A stretch of DNA of 32,000 bases from Rhizobiales bacterium Ga0077545 (lineage in GTDB: Bacteria; Pseudomonadota; Alphaproteobacteria; Rhizobiales; Methylopilaceae): positions 200,933 through 232,932 of the forward strand of contig LNEV01000006.1 in the NCBI GenBank assembly GCA_001464335.1. The letters are read 5' to 3'. Shown in pieces: positions 10,231 through 19,143 of this stretch. A program made the position numbers and the translations under genes. The first letter of the stretch is position 1, and every line of letters begins with the position of its first letter. Under the pieces are notes generated by a model, which saw nothing but the letters and a program-made list of their open reading frames with translations, did not search any database and was not told the DNA's origin.

Positions 10231-11601
10231 TCAGAGCGCGGCGGGAAGATGCAGTTCGGCCCGCAAACCGCCCGATGGCGACGCCCCGAGCACAAAGCTT
10301 CCCCCGTAGAGAGCCGACAGGTCCGCCACAATCGCGAGGCCGAGGCCGGAGCCTGGTTTGCTCTCATCGAGACGGCGCCCGCGCCGCACCGCAGCTTCGC
10401 GCTGCTGCACGGTCAGACCCGGCCCGTCATCATCGACAACGACGCGCATCCGCGCCGCACCGCCACCGCCCGGGTCCGGCACCTTCGACGCGGCAACAGA
10501 CACCCGGCCTTCCGCCCATTTGCAGGCATTGTCGAGAAGATTGCCGACCATCTCCTCGAAATCCTGCTTTTCGCCGCGAAAAGAGACGCTCTCGCACGAC
10601 AGATCGATCACGAGATCGCGGTCCTGATGGACCTTGTTCATCGCCCGCACCAGGGCTTCGAGCGCCGGGCGCACCTCCGTCACCGCGCCGACCAGCGCAA
10701 TTCCGGCGCTGACGCGCGCGCGGTCCAGATGATGGTCGATCTGATGGCGCATGATCGCGGCCTGCTCGGCGACTTTCGCGCCCATCGGGTCCGCCGTGGC
10801 ATTGGCTTCGTTGACGATGACCGAAAGCGGCGTTTTCAGCGCATGCGCCAGATTGCCCGCCTGGGTGCGCGCGCGGGCGACCATTTCGCGGTTGGAATCC
10901 ATCAGATCGTTCAGCTCGCGCCCAAGCGAGGCGATCTCGGTCGGCACGCGGCCTTCGATCTTTTCGCGCCGCCCCGCGCGGATGTCGGCAATCTGCTGCG
11001 AGATCGTCTTCAGCGGTCGGAGGCCGAATGCGACCTGCAATCCGGCCGTCGCGACAAGGCCAAGGCCAAGCAGGAAGAAGGTGATGGCGAGATCGGAATT
11101 GAAGGCGCTCGTTTCGGCGGTGATCTCGCCCGATTCGGCCGCAACGGCCACGATGTAGCGCGCGTCTCCGATCTGGATGACGCGCTCGACCTGCCGCAAT
11201 TGCTCATTGTCCGGCCCCGTCACATAGGCATCGCGGGTGGCGGCCTCGTCCTTGTCGGGATCTGAATCGATGAGGAAAGGCAGATTGCGATCGAACAGCG
11301 AAGGCGATGAGCGTGACACATTCTCGTTGCCGCCGTCGCGGCGGCCGATCTGCCAGTACCACCCGGACAGAGGCAGCTCGAAGCGCGGCTCGCCGACCTT
11401 GAAATCCACCTGGTCGATGTCGGCGGTGTTGGCGAGATCGCCCACCAGCGCCTTCAGATAGACATGGAGTCGCTGGTCGAAGCCGCGTTCGACGAGCGAC
11501 TGGTAATAGGACGACAGCGCAAAGCCCGCGATCGTCAGCACGATGGCGCTCCACAGAGCCGCCGAAAAAAGCAGGCGCGAGGCGAGCGAAGTTGCCGCCA
11601 A
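10231..11601 (-). CDS. two-component sensor histidine kinase (periplasmic sensor, HAMP, HisKA, HATPase_c)
   Basis: 456 aa with two TM segments. H-box NLAHALKTPLSVI, N-box LLDNACKWA, G-boxes DDDGPGL and GSGLGLAIV. TTG start 1 nt after the response regulator stop. Confidence 0.85.
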   Translation of the reverse strand: MAATSLASRLLFSAALWSAIVLTIAGFALSSYYQSLVERGFDQRLHVYLKALVGDLANTADIDQVDFKVGEPRFELPLSGWYWQIGRRDGGNENVSRSSPSLFDRNLPFLIDSDPDKDEAATRDAYVTGPDNEQLRQVERVIQIGDARYIVAVAAESGEITAETSAFNSDLAITFFLLGLGLVATAGLQVAFGLRPLKTISQQIADIRAGRREKIEGRVPTEIASLGRELNDLMDSNREMVARARTQAGNLAHALKTPLSVIVNEANATADPMGAKVAEQAAIMRHQIDHHLDRARVSAGIALVGAVTEVRPALEALVRAMNKVHQDRDLVIDLSCESVSFRGEKQDFEEMVGNLLDNACKWAEGRVSVAASKVPDPGGGGAARMRVVVDDDGPGLTVQQREAAVRRGRRLDESKPGSGLGLAIVADLSALYGGSFVLGASPSGGLRAELHLPAAL

Positions 11602-11602
11602 G

Positions 11603-12274
11603 TCAGGCCTCCTGGCCGGGCGGCATCACCACATAGCCGAGACCGCGCACGGTCTGGATGAGATCGACGCCGAGCTTTCGGCGGATGCGCCCGACAAACA
11701 CTTCGACGGTGTTGGAATCGCGGTCGAAGTCCTGGTCGTACAGATGCTCGACAAGTTCGGTGCGCGACACGACGCGCCCCTGATGGTGCATCAGATACGA
11801 GAGAAGCCGGTATTCGTGCGACGTCATCTTGATCGGATTGCCGTCGACCGAGACGCGCCCGTTGCGGGTGTCGAGCCGCACGAGGCCGCAGGCAAGTTCG
11901 CTCGTCGCATGACCCGCCGCGCGGCGCACGAGCGCCCGCAGACGCGCCAGCACTTCCTCGACATGAAAGGGCTTGGGCACATAATCGTCCGCACCGGCGT
12001 CGAAGCCCTGCACCTTGTCCGACCAGCGGTCGCGCGCCGTCAGCAGCAGAACCGGGAAGGTGCGCCCGTTCTTGCGCCAGTCTTCGAGCACGCGAAGCCC
12101 GTCCATCTTCGGCAGGCCGATGTCGAGAACCACCACGTCATAGGGTTCGGAACTGCCGAGAAAATGCCCCTCCTCCCCGTCGAGAGCGGTGTCGACCGCA
12201 TAGCCGGCATCGGTCAGCGCCGTGCGGAGCTGACGGTTCAGATCGGGATCGTCTTCAACGACAAGGGCTCGCAT
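11603..12274 (-). CDS. OmpR/PhoB-family DNA-binding response regulator
   Basis: 223 aa, MRALVVEDDPDL...VVLDIGLPKMDG...LLLTARD...KPF receiver domain plus a winged-helix C-terminus (TVEVFVGRIRRKL). Trimmed from the 377-aa track ORF. TAATG overlap with the PepSY gene stop. Confidence 0.9.
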   Translation of the reverse strand: MRALVVEDDPDLNRQLRTALTDAGYAVDTALDGEEGHFLGSSEPYDVVVLDIGLPKMDGLRVLEDWRKNGRTFPVLLLTARDRWSDKVQGFDAGADDYVPKPFHVEEVLARLRALVRRAAGHATSELACGLVRLDTRNGRVSVDGNPIKMTSHEYRLLSYLMHHQGRVVSRTELVEHLYDQDFDRDSNTVEVFVGRIRRKLGVDLIQTVRGLGYVVMPPGQEA

Positions 12275-12651
12275 TACCGCACACTGAGAAGCTGGCCATT
12301 TCTGGCGTCGAGGGTGACATTCGCAACTTTGCCCGACGTGCCGAGCACGGTGACGACATACACGGTCCGGCCATCCCGTGCACACAGTGCGGCGTTGATC
12401 ATTTCGCCCTTGGCCGCCTCCTCGGCGGTGCGGCGAAGTTCGCGCAGCGGCATGACGAGCCCCGCGCGCACCTGCGAAATGGCATCGCGGCGGCTGACAC
12501 AGCCCTCGAGAGAGGTGGACGAGGCGGGACCGCCCGACCGGGCAGCGGCGGGGGGAGCCGCGACCGGCGCCTGCGCGGCGACCGGCACGGCAGAAAAGGC
12601 CGCGAAGGCGGCGAACGCCAATCCGGCGATCCTGACAACTGATCCTGACAT
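12274..12651 (-). CDS. secreted PepSY domain protein (first gene of the two-component operon)
   Basis: 125 aa. Signal peptide ending AVPVAAQA. C-terminal PepSY-like GRTVYVVTVLGTSGKVANVTLDARNGQLLSV. Confidence 0.75.
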   Translation of the reverse strand: MSGSVVRIAGLAFAAFAAFSAVPVAAQAPVAAPPAAARSGGPASSTSLEGCVSRRDAISQVRAGLVMPLRELRRTAEEAAKGEMINAALCARDGRTVYVVTVLGTSGKVANVTLDARNGQLLSVR

Positions 12652-12657
12652 GAAGGG

Positions 12658-12691
12658 AGCATAACCCGAATTGGCTGAACTCTATCTGAAC
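12658..12691 (-). promoter_or_regulatory. candidate auto-regulated promoter: GTTCAG-N5-GTTCAG direct repeat plus TATGCT -10 abutting the PepSY ATG
   Basis: Minus strand reads GTTCAGatagaGTTCAGccaattcgggtTATGCTcccttcATG. The repeats have 11-bp phasing, typical of OmpR/PhoB-family sites. No Shine-Dalgarno is present, so the -10 spacing would give a near-leaderless mRNA. Confidence 0.25.
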
Positions 12692-12711
12692 AAGTTCCCG
12701 CCGTGGATTTA

Positions 12712-12933
12712 TCAATTCCTGCAGAGGCTTGCCCACGCGGCATTGTGTTCGCGGTTCTGCCGCTGGCTGTCCGGCGTGTCCTGCCGCGAATAGGCGATGG
12801 GGCGAAAGGCGCGGCAGGCAACACCCGCATCAGTCCCGCCGGAAACCGTCATCCGCGCGCAGCCCGTCAGCAGAATCATCGCGGATGCGAGCGCGCAGGC
12901 GCGCCTCATCCGCCGTGCGGATCGCATGTTCAT
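12712..12933 (-). CDS. putative o-spanin lipoprotein (overlapped architecture)
   Basis: 73 aa starting MNMRSARRMRRACALASAMILLTGC, with lipobox LLTGC and a small Cys-containing mature part. It starts inside the preceding gene in another frame (about 100-nt overlap). The non-overlapped part has high GC3. Confidence 0.45.
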   Translation of the reverse strand: MNMRSARRMRRACALASAMILLTGCARMTVSGGTDAGVACRAFRPIAYSRQDTPDSQRQNREHNAAWASLCRN

Positions 12934-13057
12934 TGTCCGATTTCTGGTCGAGAACGGCCTCGAGGCGTCCCGCTTCCCTCTCGCGCCGGGATCGGAAAAA
13001 CGCGATGAGGGAAGCAAGCAGCCTCAGAAGCTCAAGAAAGATCGCGGCCCACGTCAT
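12830..13057 (-). CDS. putative i-spanin / lysis accessory membrane protein
   Basis: 75 aa with an N-terminal TM (AAIFLELLRLLASLIAFF) and a charged helical tail. Lies immediately after the holin and contains the embedded lipoprotein ORF. Confidence 0.4.
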   Translation of the reverse strand: MTWAAIFLELLRLLASLIAFFRSRREREAGRLEAVLDQKSDNEHAIRTADEARLRARIRDDSADGLRADDGFRRD

Positions 13058-13066
13058 ATGGCCGCG

Positions 13067-13243
13067 TCACAGAATTGTTTTGCGATTCTCGACGGCGATC
13101 CACCAGACGAAGGCCGCGATCGAGACGAGCCCGGACAGAGCTGCCTGGAAGAGCTCGCCGTCGGCAACGCCCTGTCCGAGGAAAAATCCCCCCAGCGCGT
13201 AGGCGACGATGCGGACAAGCTGGGAAATGGTTTCGAAAGACAT
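13067..13243 (-). CDS. putative holin (58 aa, two TM segments)
   Basis: Below the track size cut-off. Hand translation: MSFETISQLVRIVAYALGGFFLGQGVADGELFQAALSGLVSIAAFVWWIAVENRKTIL. ATG lies 3 nt after the endolysin TAG. The pattern resembles small Pam3-gp28-like phage holins. Confidence 0.6.
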   Translation of the reverse strand: MSFETISQLVRIVAYALGGFFLGQGVADGELFQAALSGLVSIAAFVWWIAVENRKTIL

Positions 13244-13246
13244 GTT

Positions 13247-13795
13247 CTAGTTCTCCAGTGTGAAAGGGGATGCGGCGGATGCCGCGGCCATTGCGCGGGC
13301 CGTGCGCTCGGTCTCGCGGACGCGGCGCGTCCAGCCACGGCCGAACACGGCGAACGTCCGGAGGCGTTCGAGGAAGGAAAGCCGTGCGCGGCAACAGGCA
13401 TGGATCAGCGCCAGCGGATCGTGCCGTGCGGCACACCCGAGCGTGCGCGGTCCCATCTGCCCGTCGGCCGTCACGCCGAGGATCTTCTGAAGCGTACGCA
13501 CAGCGCGGGACGGCCCGGAATTCACCGCATGATCGAAGATGCAAAGATCGACACCCGCCGCCAGTGCATCGCCGCAGACCGCATTCCAGTAGAGCGCGCG
13601 GTAGATCGCCGAAGCCTCCGTACGGCTCAGCGCCCTCACCTCGGCCCGGCTCACCGCCCGTCTGCGCCAGCGCGCGAGTGTTGCGCGCGTGACGCCGAGA
13701 TTGGTCGCTCCTCCGGGATCGGCCGGATGGTCGGCATAGCCGCCCTCATGGCGCAGGACAGCATCCAGCGCCGCCGCGAAATTCGCAGCCGCCAT
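13247..13795 (-). CDS. endolysin, glycoside hydrolase family 108 with C-terminal peptidoglycan-binding domain
   Basis: 182 aa. N-terminal LRHEGGYADHPADPGGATNLGVT motif (GH108 catalytic Glu region). C-terminal GVTADGQMGPRTL-type PG-binding repeat. Confidence 0.85.
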   Translation of the reverse strand: MAAANFAAALDAVLRHEGGYADHPADPGGATNLGVTRATLARWRRRAVSRAEVRALSRTEASAIYRALYWNAVCGDALAAGVDLCIFDHAVNSGPSRAVRTLQKILGVTADGQMGPRTLGCAARHDPLALIHACCRARLSFLERLRTFAVFGRGWTRRVRETERTARAMAAASAASPFTLEN

Positions 13796-13847
13796 CGTCA
13801 GACATCCTTTTTTTGAAGTTGGTCGTCAGGCCGCAGAGGCGCGGCGT

Positions 13848-15308
13848 TCAGGAATATCCGCCGGGGGAGGTCGCAATCCCGTCGGCGTTTCCGGGGAGGT
13901 AGGTCGCGCTCGCCCCGAGAGTCTCGATCCATCCGCCCTTTTCCGCGATGTAGCGGACGCCTGTCGCGGCACCGGAATAGCTGTTGCTGTTGAGGCGCGC
14001 CGTCGCGTTCGTGCTGACATTGCAGAACGCCGTCGAAAAGGACGGCTCACCCGCCAGAGTGACCGAGTTCGACCGGGTCTCGACATACGCGCCCGTGTCC
14101 GAGCACAGGATGTGCTGCTGTGCGCCGCCGACGATCGAATAAGCGCCGTTCGCGCATTCGATCAGACCCCCGCGTGCGGACAGATGCGCGCGGGCGCAGG
14201 TGCCGAAGCGGATGTTGTCGAAAGCGATGACACTCCCGGCCACCGCCTGCAGGCAATGCCCAAGCGTCGTGGTCCGAAGCTCCATGTCCAGCACGCGCAC
14301 GCGCGCTCCGGCGGCCGTCACGAAACAGGACGCCGATGTCGTCGAAACGATCACATTGCCCGGCGCGGCGGCATTTCCCTTGATGACGAAATCGGGAATA
14401 TTGGCCTGGCCGACCGTCACGGGAACGACACCGCCGGCCGTGTAGGTTCCGTCGCCAAGCTGGACGGTGACAGCGTGCCCATTGAAATCGATCGTCGCGG
14501 CGGCGTTCAGCGCCTTCTGGATCGTCTGAAAGGCACGCCCCGCGGAATTCTCACGCCCGTCGTTCAGGTCGCTGCCGTCCGTGCGCACATAATAAATGCG
14601 GTTCTCCGTCAGCGCTTCGCGCACGCCGCCCTGCGGAAAGAGCGCGCGTCCCGTCGTGCGGTCGATGCGCAGCGCCTCGTGCCAGAGCGTCCCGTCGGCC
14701 GACACCTTGAACAGAAAATCCTCGTCCCCGATCAGCCCCATCTCGGCGCGGCCGCCGAATGCGGATTGGAACAGCAGCGACAGCACATTGGCGCTGGCCT
14801 GCTTGTTCATCACATAGCGCAGATCGCCAGTGCCCTCGTCATCGGTCTCGCGCGCGGTCCAGAGCGCCGCGTTCAGCTTGGCCGTGAAGGGGTTGGTCTC
14901 GTCGGCTTCCGCACCGATTCCGAGCAGAGGAATGTTCTGGAAGTCGCCGCCACCGCCACCGCCGCCTTCTCCGGACGAGAAGACCACCCAGTTTCCGTCC
15001 GTAAAGACGACCAGCTCATTCGCCGCCGCATCCCAGCAGAGCCAGCCTTCGCGCGGCATCAGAAACTGCCAGCCGCCGTCGAAGCTCGCGATCTTTCGCG
15101 CCTGTCCCGCCCACATTCCGGTGGCGGCGGTGCCCACGATGTAGCGGTCGCCCTCTTCCGGCCCCTCCGGTGGTGTGGAAAGCCGTCCCAGCACGGACAG
15201 ATGGATCAGCGCGTCGAGCTGCGCGAGCGCTTCGTTCACCGGCACATGTTTTTGCGCCTGCCCGGCCGCGATCAGCGGGAGGCCGAAGCGTGGTGTCGTT
15301 TCAGACAT
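13848..15308 (-). CDS. DUF2793-type tail fibre protein
   Basis: 486 aa. N-terminus RFGLPLIAAGQAQKHVPVNEALAQLDALI is the DUF2793 signature. A Gly7 linker is followed by a Gly/Thr/Ala/Asn-rich C-terminal half. ATGTCTGA overlap with the g15 stop. Confidence 0.8.
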   Translation of the reverse strand: MSETTPRFGLPLIAAGQAQKHVPVNEALAQLDALIHLSVLGRLSTPPEGPEEGDRYIVGTAATGMWAGQARKIASFDGGWQFLMPREGWLCWDAAANELVVFTDGNWVVFSSGEGGGGGGGDFQNIPLLGIGAEADETNPFTAKLNAALWTARETDDEGTGDLRYVMNKQASANVLSLLFQSAFGGRAEMGLIGDEDFLFKVSADGTLWHEALRIDRTTGRALFPQGGVREALTENRIYYVRTDGSDLNDGRENSAGRAFQTIQKALNAAATIDFNGHAVTVQLGDGTYTAGGVVPVTVGQANIPDFVIKGNAAAPGNVIVSTTSASCFVTAAGARVRVLDMELRTTTLGHCLQAVAGSVIAFDNIRFGTCARAHLSARGGLIECANGAYSIVGGAQQHILCSDTGAYVETRSNSVTLAGEPSFSTAFCNVSTNATARLNSNSYSGAATGVRYIAEKGGWIETLGASATYLPGNADGIATSPGGYS

Positions 15309-18300
15309 TCAGATTGATCTCCGTGAAGCGGCCCGGCCCGACGCTTGCCGAAACCTGCGCGACGCGCAGGGAAAGGCTCGTCTGCGCCGTGCCGAAATCC
15401 GCGATTTCGTCATCGCTCGCGTAGAGGAAAGACGGCGCATTCGTCTGCACGCTGCGGACAATTTCCGCGCCCGCCAGAATGTCGAGCCGATAAAGTTCGG
15501 CGGTTTCGGACATCGGTATCTCGACGACGTCCCAGGCATCCGCATTGATGCGGTCCCGGCGGATCCAGCCAATGGCAATGCCAGCATCGGTTCTGGCGGC
15601 GTGCACATGAACGGGCGCCAGTGGACGCAGCGCCGTGTCGCCGGGCTGCGCGGTGAAGGAGACCGCCAAGGCATCGGCGTGGTCGCGGTTTGCGGCCGAG
15701 ACACGCCAATCCACTGGGCGGGACAGAGCGTCGAGCCCGCGCACCAGCTGCATGAGCGCGCTGTCGAGCAGAACGAACGCACTGCCCGCGGGTTTGGTCA
15801 TCCGTGCATGCGCCTCGGTGCCGTATTGACCGCGCAGGAAATGCGACAGGCGATAGATCGACGGCGCGACAAGATCGGCCCGGCCGAACTGAAGGACTTC
15901 CCAGCCCTGCTCCGCGCTGCCGATCGCGCAGGCATTCGCCCCGGCGAAAAGGCGCTCATTGCTGGCACCGCTGAGCTCGCCGCGCGCGATGCGGACATCG
16001 ACCGTCGAACCGCGATCGAAACGCCAGGACAGGCCGGGAGCAAGCACGTCCAGCGTTTCACCCATCAAGGCCGGCCGATCGATCCGCACGGCAGGCTCAA
16101 AGGAGCCGCCCGCGCCCCGCCACGCCACATAGCCGCCAACCCACGGTTTCGCGGACACCGCAAGGCGCGACAAAACGACGGGATCGCCATCGGGCACCGG
16201 AAGATCGAGAACGACGACATCGGGCGTTCCGGCAATGTCCGGGAGCGCCACGGGAGGCCGCGAGGACACAGGTTTGGGCGCGTCCAGCACAGCGGGCGCG
16301 ATCGCCCGTGCCGAAACGCGCCGAACCGCCCCGTCCTCGATTTCCGTGATCTCGAACAGTCTGGACATTCCGCGAATGTCGAGCGCAACGACATCGGCTG
16401 CCTCAAGCGCGATCCTGTCCGGCGGCAGGCAGAAGCGCACCGTGTCGCGCCCGACCCTGATGTCCTGAAGCGTGATTTCCGCGCGCCTTTGCATGTCCGC
16501 GAAGGCCGCTGTGATGGCGGTGTCCATAGTCGCAATGCCGCGCATCCCCTCCGCGGGAAGGCGTGCGGCCGCGATCTTCGGTTGAAAGTCCGCCTGAACA
16601 TCGCTGAAGGAAATCGCGACTTCGCCCGGGCTCTCGCTGTCCTGCCCGCGAATATAGGTCGGCTCGGCGGCGCCGTTCTCTTCCGCCAGGTCTGCGATCG
16701 TCAGCACGGCCGGATCGCCTTGCCCGCGCATCGACAGAACGATCCTCCCGTCGCTCTCGCAGGCCGAGAACCCGTATAGATCGGCCAATGGCTCGATCGC
16801 ATCGCGCACGGAGCACGGGCGATCCACCGCATAGCCGTCGAGACTTCCGGTCAGGCCCTGCGTGCCGGTGTCAGCCAGCCCGGCCTCGTCGAAAATGCGG
16901 GCCGTCAGTTCCGGCAAAGGCATCTGGCCCAGCCGGCCGTTCAGCCAATGCCCGGTCTCGTGTGCCGCGCCATCGGACCAGACATCGAGCGCCGCCGGAA
17001 AGGCGGGATAGGGCCGCGCATCCCATGTCCAGACAGCGGAGCGGTCGGGATCGACCATCGGCCCGTCATAGATGGGCGAGGACGGGTTCGCGGCACTTTC
17101 CGCGCCATACACGTCGAGCAGGGTTTCGAGAACCCGCCGCTGGATGAGATCGTCCCGCGCGCCGGAGGAAAACGGCGGCAAAGACGCCGCCGAGGATTTC
17201 GGATCGGGAAACATGTTCGGCGCATTCGCGCCCTTGTCGACCGCCGGGCAGCCGATCTCCGTCAGCCAGATCGGCTTGGAGCGCGGCTGCCAAAGCGTCG
17301 GCTCCGGCAGTTCGACGCCGCCGACGCGCTCATGATGGGCGTTCTCCCACCACGAGCGCAGATCCTTGGAGCGATAGACCCACGGTTTCCCGAGACCATC
17401 GGTGATCGGCACCCGCTCCTGCGCGCGGCGTGCCTCGTCATCGAGATAATACCAGTCCCAAGCCTCCCCGCCCGTGACATTTCCGCCGAGATAACCGGCA
17501 TCGTAAATACTGTCCGCGACGCTGCGGTCGAGATGCTGCGCTCCGTCGCGCCAGTCGGCGAACGGCGGATAGAAATCGACACCGATCGCGTCCAGATCAT
17601 CGCTTGCCCACAGCGGATCGAGCGGAAAGCGCACCTCGTTGCCGCCGTCGCGCACATGCGCGCCGCGCTCCGTCCAGTCCGCTGCATAGGTGATCTTCGT
17701 CCCCGGCCCCGCAAGCGCGCGCACCTCGGACGCCAGGTGCACGAGTTCCGCCACAGCCGGATAGGCCGCGCCGTCATCGCGCGATTGCGTCAGGTCGCGG
17801 AACTCAGATCCGATCACCAGCGCATCGACCCCGCCCCCCGCCTGGCCGAGCGCTGCCATATGCAGCACGAAGCGCCGCCAGCCCCATTCGCTCGGTCCGG
17901 AGTAAGACACCGCCTCGCCCGCGACCGCGAAATCCGATGCGGACGCCGTGCCGAAAAACCGCGCGATCTCTTCGCCTGCCGCGGACGTGCCGTCCCCCGC
18001 CGCGCGGATCGTTCCGCGCCAGGGATAAGGAGGCTGTGGCGCAAGCCCCGACACCGGGTCAGGCAGGTCGTTGCCCGCCGGAATGTCCATCATCAGGAAC
18101 GGATAGAGCGTGACGCCGATCCCGCGCTCCTTGATGGCGCGGATGGCACGGATCACACTGCCGTCGGAAGGCGATCCGCCATAGGCCGGGCGTCCCTCAT
18201 GCAGCGACACGACGCGGGCCGAGGCACGCGACAGCCCCGCGACCGACCATTCCGCCCCGCGCGTCTTCTTGGCCGCGCTGTCCACACGCGGCGCGATTGT

Positions 18301-19143
18301 ACATGCACCCGCGCGCAGATCGTCGCCGAACCAGGCGACGACGAGCGAAATGTGCTTCAGGTTCGGGCACAGCGCGACAAGCTCGTCGAGGCTCGCGATG
18401 AAATCGCTCTCGCCTGCATGTGTGTGCCGGTTTTCCGGCACGCTCTCGCCGATGCCGAGCACGCGCTCGACGATCCGCGTGTCATAGGCGAATTCGGACG
18501 AGCCGGGGATCATGGTCATCGCGCGGATCTGGCGCTCGAGCTTCCCCACCGGGCGCATCACCTCGACATGAAGCTGCGGCACGCGGTTGCCGAACGCGGC
18601 AAGCGGCATGCGCTCGAACACGAGATAGGACAGCCCACGATAGGCCGGTGCATTTTCCGCGCCTTCCTTGGCGACGATCAGCGGATCGGGCTCCTGATCC
18701 TCGGCGCCATTGTGCAGACGCAACGTGAAAGCGCCCGCATCCAGTTCCTGCCCGTCGGCCCAGATGCGCCCGATGCGCGCCACGGGGCCTTCGCAAAGGC
18801 CGAGCGCCAGATTGGCGAAATAGCTCACATTCTCGGTTGCCGGCCCGCCGCCCCCGCCTTTGCCGCCGCTGCGCGTTGCGCTGCGCACGGCCTCGACGCG
18901 CGACGCCCAGATGATCTGGCCGGGAAGCCGCACCCGGCCCCAGGCCCGCGCCACCGGCGTGCCTTCGGTCGAGGCGGTGACGTCCACCGTCCGCAGCGGC
19001 GCCGACGCACGGCCGCCGTTGAGGAAGGTCCGGTCGATGGCCGCCCCAGCAAGCCCGCCCAGCGCACGTCCCGCCATGGAGCCGAGCGGGCCGAACACGC
19101 TTCCGGCCGCCGCCCCCGCCACCTGAAGTACGAGCGTTGCCAT
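15301..19143 (-). CDS. GTA g15-like host-specificity / baseplate multidomain protein
   Basis: 1280 aa. Gly-rich N-terminus MATLVLQVAGAAAGSVFGPLG. Size and position after the NlpC/P60 gene match RcGTA g15. TAATG overlap with g14. Confidence 0.9.
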   Translation of the reverse strand: MATLVLQVAGAAAGSVFGPLGSMAGRALGGLAGAAIDRTFLNGGRASAPLRTVDVTASTEGTPVARAWGRVRLPGQIIWASRVEAVRSATRSGGKGGGGGPATENVSYFANLALGLCEGPVARIGRIWADGQELDAGAFTLRLHNGAEDQEPDPLIVAKEGAENAPAYRGLSYLVFERMPLAAFGNRVPQLHVEVMRPVGKLERQIRAMTMIPGSSEFAYDTRIVERVLGIGESVPENRHTHAGESDFIASLDELVALCPNLKHISLVVAWFGDDLRAGACTIAPRVDSAAKKTRGAEWSVAGLSRASARVVSLHEGRPAYGGSPSDGSVIRAIRAIKERGIGVTLYPFLMMDIPAGNDLPDPVSGLAPQPPYPWRGTIRAAGDGTSAAGEEIARFFGTASASDFAVAGEAVSYSGPSEWGWRRFVLHMAALGQAGGGVDALVIGSEFRDLTQSRDDGAAYPAVAELVHLASEVRALAGPGTKITYAADWTERGAHVRDGGNEVRFPLDPLWASDDLDAIGVDFYPPFADWRDGAQHLDRSVADSIYDAGYLGGNVTGGEAWDWYYLDDEARRAQERVPITDGLGKPWVYRSKDLRSWWENAHHERVGGVELPEPTLWQPRSKPIWLTEIGCPAVDKGANAPNMFPDPKSSAASLPPFSSGARDDLIQRRVLETLLDVYGAESAANPSSPIYDGPMVDPDRSAVWTWDARPYPAFPAALDVWSDGAAHETGHWLNGRLGQMPLPELTARIFDEAGLADTGTQGLTGSLDGYAVDRPCSVRDAIEPLADLYGFSACESDGRIVLSMRGQGDPAVLTIADLAEENGAAEPTYIRGQDSESPGEVAISFSDVQADFQPKIAAARLPAEGMRGIATMDTAITAAFADMQRRAEITLQDIRVGRDTVRFCLPPDRIALEAADVVALDIRGMSRLFEITEIEDGAVRRVSARAIAPAVLDAPKPVSSRPPVALPDIAGTPDVVVLDLPVPDGDPVVLSRLAVSAKPWVGGYVAWRGAGGSFEPAVRIDRPALMGETLDVLAPGLSWRFDRGSTVDVRIARGELSGASNERLFAGANACAIGSAEQGWEVLQFGRADLVAPSIYRLSHFLRGQYGTEAHARMTKPAGSAFVLLDSALMQLVRGLDALSRPVDWRVSAANRDHADALAVSFTAQPGDTALRPLAPVHVHAARTDAGIAIGWIRRDRINADAWDVVEIPMSETAELYRLDILAGAEIVRSVQTNAPSFLYASDDEIADFGTAQTSLSLRVAQVSASVGPGRFTEINLNV

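Noticed and set aside
8487-11265. Plus-strand ORFs 8487..9803 (438 aa) and 9745..11265 (506 aa)
   Set aside because: They are antisense to the 459-aa gene, the lipoprotein gene and the histidine kinase, with shadow-ORF composition.
12661-12668. ATAACCCG shared with 31940-31947 as possible att-like direct repeats bounding the GTA region
   Set aside because: An 8-bp match is expected by chance in 32 kb. There is no tRNA or integrase, and no longer flanking identity.
11603-12736. 5' extensions of track ORFs (11603..12736, 19143..20399, 20468..21667, 24518..25717, 25132..26499, 26462..27124, 30659..31303, 21873..22370)
   Set aside because: The longest-ORF extensions run through upstream genes, repeats or the leader hairpin. 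Internal starts give proteins with the expected N-termini, RBSs and coupled junctions.
13054-13544. Minus-strand ORFs 13054..13401 and 13032..13544 overlapping the holin/endolysin region
   Set aside because: They are off-frame overlaps of the GH108 endolysin and holin genes, with Arg/Pro-rich shadow composition.
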